Assembly: GCF_009914755.1 (NCBI RefSeq)
Contig: NC_060940.1
DNA length: 64,000 nt
Strand: one strand, 5' to 3'
DNA from: the human T2T-CHM13v2.0 reference genome, Homo sapiens
In this document: positions 58,301-64,000 of the stretch, in pieces
How the letters are laid out: every line of letters starts with the position of its first letter
How positions within the stretch are numbered: position 1 is the stretch's first letter
Notes under the pieces: model-generated
What the model was told of the DNA's origin: nothing
Seen by the model: only the letters and a program-made list of their open reading frames with translations
Database searches by the model: none
Position numbers and translations under genes: made by a program

Positions 58301-61300
58301 TCGATGATTCCATTCTATTCTATTCAATGGTGATTCCATTCGAGTACATTAGATGATTCCATTCGATTCCATTCAATGATGATTCTATTTGTGTCCCTTA
58401 GATGATTCCACATGATTCCATTAGATGATGATACTATTTGAGCCCATCCAATGATTCCCTTCGATTCCATTCGATGAGGATTCCATTCGATTCAATTCAT
58501 TGGTGATTCTATTCAATTCAATTCTTTGATTCCATTCCATTCCATTCGACAATGATTCCATTCGATTTCTTTCGATGATTCCACTCGATTCCACTTGACA
58601 TTGATTCCCTTCGATTCCATTCAATGATTCCATTTGATTCCAGTGGATGATGATTGCCATCGATTCCATTCGATCACTCCATTCTATTCCATTTGATGAT
58701 GATTACATTCGATTCCATTTGACGATTCCATCTGACTCTATTCGAGGATTCCATTTGATTCCATTCGATGATGATTCCATTCGAGTCCATTCGATGATTT
58801 CATTCGAGTACATCCAATGATTCCATTCGAGTCCATTTGATGATTCCATTTGATTCCATTTCATAATGATTCTACTAGAGTCCATTCAATGACTCCATTG
58901 GAGTCCATTCAACACTTCCATTCGACTCCATTTGATGATTCCATTCGATTCCATTTGATGATTCCATTCGAGTCCATTTAATCATTACAGTCGAGTCCAT
59001 TTGGTGATTCCACTGGATTTCTTTAGATAATGATACCATTCAATTACATTTGATGATGATCCCATTCAATTTCATTTGATGATGATTCCATTAGAGTCCA
59101 TTCGATGATTTCATTCGAGTCCCTTCATTGATTCCATCCGATTTCATTTCATGATGACTCCATTCGAGTCCATTCGATGATTCCACTCGATTCCATTAGA
59201 TGATTCCATTGGAGTCCATTTGATTGTTCCATTCGATTCCATTCGATTCCTTTCGAAGATTATTCCATTTGAGTCCATTCGATGATGATTCCATTCCATT
59301 CCATTCGATGATTCCGTTTGATTCCATTCGATGAATCCCTGCGATTCCTTTCTTTGATGATTCCATTCCATTCCATTCAATGATTCCATTCGAATCTATT
59401 CCATGATGATTCCTTTCGATTCCATTCGCTGATGTTTCCGTTCAATTCCATTCGATGATGATTCCATTCGATTCCATTCATTGAGGATTCCATTTGATTC
59501 CATTCAATGATGTTTCCGTTCTATTCCATTCAATGATTGCATTCAATTCCATTCAATGATTATCCCCTTAGAGTAAACTCAACGATTCCATTCAATACCA
59601 TTCGATGATGATTCCTTTTGAGTCCATTCAATGATTTCATTCAAGTCCATTTGATGATTCCTTTCAATTCCATTCTATGATGATTCCATTCGAGTCCATT
59701 CGATGATTCCATTCGATTGCATTCGATTATTCCATTATATTCCAGTCAACGATGATTCCATTCGAGTCCATTCGATGATTCCATTAGAGTACATTTAATG
59801 ATTGCTTTGTTTTCAATTCGAAGATGATTACATTGGATTCCATTCTATGATACCATTCGATTCCATTCAATGATGATTCCACTCAAATCCATTGGATGAT
59901 TCCATTCGTGTCCATTCGGTGATTTCATTAGATTCCATTCGAGGATGATTCCATTCGATTCCATTCGATGATTCCATTCAATTCCATTCGATGATGATTC
60001 CATTCCAGTCCATATGATCATTCCATTTGATTTCATTCGATGATGATTCCATTCGATTCCATTCGATGATTCCATTCTATTCCATTCGATGATGATTCCA
60101 CTCGAGTCCATTCGATGATTGCATTCGAGTCCATTTAATGATTCCATTGGGTTCAATTCAATGATGATTACATTGGATTCCGTTCTATGATTCCATTCAA
60201 TTCCGTTCATTGACAATTTGATTCCATTCGATGATGATTCCATTTGAGTTCATTCGATGATTCTATTCGATTCTCTTCGATGGTGATTCAATTCTATTAT
60301 ATTGGATGATTCCATTCGATTCCATTTGATGTTGATTCAATTCGATTCTATTCGATGATGATTCCATTGGATTTCACTTGATGATTCTATTCGATTCCAT
60401 TCAATGATGATTCACTTCTCGTCCATTGGATGATTCCATTTCATTCCATTCGATGATGATTCCATTCGATTCCATTCGATGATTCCATTTGATTCCATGC
60501 GACGGTGAGCAATTCGATTCAATTCCATGATGATTCTATTTGATTCAATTAGATGATGTTTCCATTCGAATCCATTCCATGATTATTCCATTGGAATCCA
60601 TTCGGCGATGATTCCATATGAGTCAATTCAATGATGATTCCATATGGGTCCGTTCGATGATAATTCCATTTGATTTCATTCGATGCTTCTATTCAATTCC
60701 AGTTGATGATGATTCCGTTGGAGTCCATACGATGATTCCATTTGATTTCATTTGATGATGATTCCATTCGATGATGATTACATTGGATTCCATTCTATGA
60801 TTCCATTCAATTCCATTCGTTGATGATTCGATTCCATTCAATGATGATTCCATTTGAGTTCATTCGATGATTCTATTCGATTCCGTTCGATGGTGATTCA
60901 ATTCTATTATATTGGATGATTCCACTCGATTCCATTTGATGATTATTCCATTGGAGTCCACTTAGTGAATCCTTTAGATTCTACTCGAAGATGATTCCAT
61001 TCGAGTCCATTCAATGATACCATTCAATTTCATTCGTTGATGCTTCCATTCAAGTGCATTCGATGATATCATTCGATTCCATTTGATGATAATTCCATTT
61101 GATTCCATGCGATGATTCTATTCGATTCCATTCAATGATAATTCCATTCAATTCAGTGATTCCTCTGGACTCCATTTGATGATGATTCCATTCAATGATT
61201 CCATTCGATTCTATTCCAAAATGATTCCATTTGAATCCATTTGATGATGATTCCGTTGGATTCCATTTGATGATTCCATTCGATTCCATTCGATGATGAT

Positions 61301-64000
61301 TCCATTCGATTCCATTTGATGATTCCATTCTATTGTATTCGATGATGATTCCATTCGATTCCATTCGATGATGATTGGATTCGATTCCATTTGATGATTT
61401 CATTTGATTCCATTCGATAATGATTTCGATCAATTCCATTCGATGATTCCATTCGATTCCATTCGATAATGATTACATCCGAGTCCTTTCGATGATTCCA
61501 TTTGAGCCCGTTCGATAATTCCATTTGAGTCTAATCAATGATTCCATTTATTTCCATTCAATGATTCCATTCGAGTCCATTTGATCATTCCGGTAGGGTC
61601 CGTTCGATGTTGATTCCATTGGAGTGCATTCGATGATTCCATTCGAGTCCATTTTAGGATTTGATTCGAGTCCTTTCGATGATTCCATTCGATTCCACTC
61701 GATGATTTCATTCGAGTCCATTCGACACTTCCAATCGATTCCATTTGATGTTTCCATTCGAGTCCAATTGATGATTCCATTCAATTCCATTCGATGATGA
61801 TTCCGTACGATTCCATTCTGTGATGATTCCATGTGATTGCATTCAATGATGATTCCTTTCGATTGCATTCGATTATGATTCATTTCGTGTTCATTCTATG
61901 GTTCCACAGGTTTCCATTCGTGTCCATTCCATTATTCCATTCTATTCCATTTGATGATGATTCCATTCGATTCCATTCATTGGTGATTCCACTCAATTCC
62001 ATTCAATGATTCCATTCCATTTCTTTCAACAATGATTCCATTAGTTTCTAATCGATGATCCACTTGATTCCATTTGACGACGATTCCATTCTTGTCCATT
62101 CGATGATTCCATTTGATTCCATACGATGATGATTCCATTCGATTCCATACGATGATGATTCCATTCGAGTCCATTCAATGGTGATTCCATTCAATTCCAT
62201 TCGGTGATTCCTTTCGATTCCATTCGATGATGATGGCATTCGATTCCTTTCAATCATTCCATTTGATTCCATTCAAAGGTGATTTCATTCAAGTCCATTC
62301 GATAATTGCATTCGATTCCATTCTATGAGGATTCCATTCGAGTCCATTTGATGATTCCATTCAATTCAAGTCAATGATGATTCCATTCGATTCCATTCGA
62401 TGATTCCATTGGATTCCATTCGATGATGATTCCATTCAAATCCATTCGATAATTCAATTCAAGTCCATTCGATGATGATTCCAATCGAATCCATTCAAAG
62501 ATTCCATTCAGTTTCATTCGATGATTCCCTTAGATTCCATTCGATGATTCCACTTGATTCCATTTACGATGATTCCATTCGATTCCATGTGATGATTCCA
62601 TTCAATTCTATTCAATGCTTTTTCCATTTGATTCCATTCGACCATGATTGCCTTTGATTCCATTCAATGATTCCATTCGGTTCCTTTTGATGATGATTCC
62701 GTTCGATTCCATTTGATGATTCCACTGGATTCCATTGGATGAGTCCATTCCATTACATTCGATGATTATTCCATTCGAGTGCATTAGATGATTCCATTCG
62801 AGTCCATTCGATGATTCCATTCGATTCCATTCGATGTTGATTCTGTTCAAATCCATTCGATGATTCCACTCGATTCCATTCGATGACTCCAGTTGATCCC
62901 ATTCGATGATTTCCTTTGATTCCCTTTGATGATCATTCCATTTGATTCAATTCGGTGATTTCATTTGATTCCATTCAGTGATGTTTCCATTCGACTCCAT
63001 TCGATGATGATTCCATTCGACTCCATTCGATTATGATTTCATTCAATTCCATTCGATAATGATTCCCTTCGAGTCCATTCGATGATTCCATTCGATTCCA
63101 TTCAACGATGATTTGATTCGTGTCCATTCGATGATTCCATTTGATTCCAGTTGATGAGGATTCCATTCGAGTCCATTTGATGATTCCATTCAATTCCATT
63201 CTCCGATGATTTCTTTTGAGCCCATTCAATGCTTCCACTCGATTCCATATGATGATGACTCCATTCGATGAAATTCGATGATGATTCCATTCGCTTGCAT
63301 TCGATGATGATTCCACTTGAGTCCGTTAGAAGATTCTATTCAATTACATTCCATGACGATTCTGTTCGAGTCCATTTGATGATTCCATTAGACTCCATTC
63401 GACGATGATTCCATTCGATGTTATTCGATGATTCCATTCGATCTCATTCGATGATGATTCCATTCAACTCCATTCGATGTTTCCATTCGAGTTCATTCTA
63501 TTATTCCATTAGATTCCATTCGATGATGATTCCATTCGATTCCATTTGATGATTGCATTCTATTTCATTTGATGATGATTCCATTCGAGTCCACTCGATG
63601 ATTCCATTCGAGTCCATTTAATGAATCCATTGGTTTCAATTCTATGATGATTACATTGGATTCCATTCGTTGATGATTTCATTCGGTTCCATTCAATGAT
63701 GATTCCATTCAATTCCTTTCAATGTTTCCATTCAATTCCATACGATGATGATTCCATTTGATTTGATTCGACAGTGAGCCATTCGATTCAATTCCATGAT
63801 GATTCTATTTGATTCAATTGGTTGACATTTCCATTCGATTCCATTCGATGATGATTCCCTTTGATTCCGTTCAAAGATGATTCCATTCTAGCCCATTCAA
63901 TCATTCCATTCGATTCTATTCAATGATGATTCCATTCATGTCGATTTGGTGATTCCATTTGACTTCATTTGATGATGATTCCTTTCAAGTTCATTAGATG
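49374..64000 (+). repeat. Variant 6109-bp HOR lineage: two full units (49374, 55483) and one partial unit (61592)
   Basis: Anchor spacing 6109. One GAT is lost at ~49483-49490, and many shared diagnostic substitutions occur (GGGTCCGTTCG, CAATGCTTTTTCC, TTCCACTGGATTCC, TTCATAATGA, GAATCCCTGCG, GATTATAGTTGG). Confidence 0.93.

Larger units (their letters stand above)
1..64000 (+). repeat. Human satellite II (HSat2/HSATII) tandem array with ~6.1-kb higher-order period, probably HSat2B of chr16 pericentromeric heterochromatin
   Basis: Seen: continuous degenerate ATTCCATTCG/GATGATG units rich in TCGA and GA(G/T)TC, few pure (CATTC)n runs, and one orientation throughout. Established knowledge: CATTCGATTC/GATGAT-type 23-26 bp units define HSat2 rather than HSat3. 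The chromosome and subfamily call rests on a recalled ~6.1-kb period and is less certain (~0.75) than the HSat2 call. Confidence 0.97.

Noticed and set aside
48466-62657. Four plus-strand ORFs (48466, 50254, 56363, 62472)
   Set aside because: Low-complexity DDSI/IPF peptides arising from chance loss of stop codons in the satellite.
47-63316. About 150 minus-strand ORFs (MESSNGIEWNHRM-like peptides)
   Set aside because: They are direct translations of GAATGGAATC/ATCATC repeats, recur with the HOR period, overlap in several frames and have no recognisable domain. The minus-strand bias reflects the TGA-rich + strand.
1-64000. CRISPR-like repeat/spacer array or other prokaryotic system
   Set aside because: There are no unique spacers, no invariant repeat and no cas or other genes. 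All sequence is satellite-derived.
1-64000. HSat3 (e.g. DYZ1 or 9q12) or chr1 ~1.8-kb HSat2A identity
   Set aside because: Long (CATTC)n runs are scarce, TCGATGATG is pervasive, and the period is ~6.1 kb rather than ~3.6 or ~1.8 kb.
1-64000. Strand inversion within the array
   Set aside because: No GAATG-oriented tract was seen on the + strand anywhere in the window.

Overview
The whole 64 kb is one uninterrupted human-type pericentromeric satellite II (HSat2/HSATII) array. It is built from degenerate CATTC pentamers in ~23-26 bp units such as ATTCCATTCG(A/G)TCCATTCGATGATG, with the CATTC strand on + throughout and no inversion seen. These units form a ~6.11-kb higher-order repeat (HOR). From recalled literature this period matches the HSat2B array of chromosome 16q11.2, but the assignment is not verified here. 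The once-per-unit anchor GGTAGGGTCC occurs at 91, 5200, 11250, 17310, 23422, 29534, 35646, 41758, 45244, 49374, 55483 and 61592, giving unit lengths of 5109, 6050, 6060, 6112 (x4), 3486, 4130, 6109, 6109 and a final partial unit. Every length difference is explained by indels visible in the sequence. A 1831-bp diverged, non-HOR HSat2 segment (46866-48696) separates a 6112-bp HOR lineage from a distinct 6109-bp lineage. I found no genes, RNA genes, transposons or CRISPR arrays, and all ORFs in the track are translation artefacts of the satellite. I see no evidence of a new biological system. The interest lies in the readable record of satellite structural evolution.
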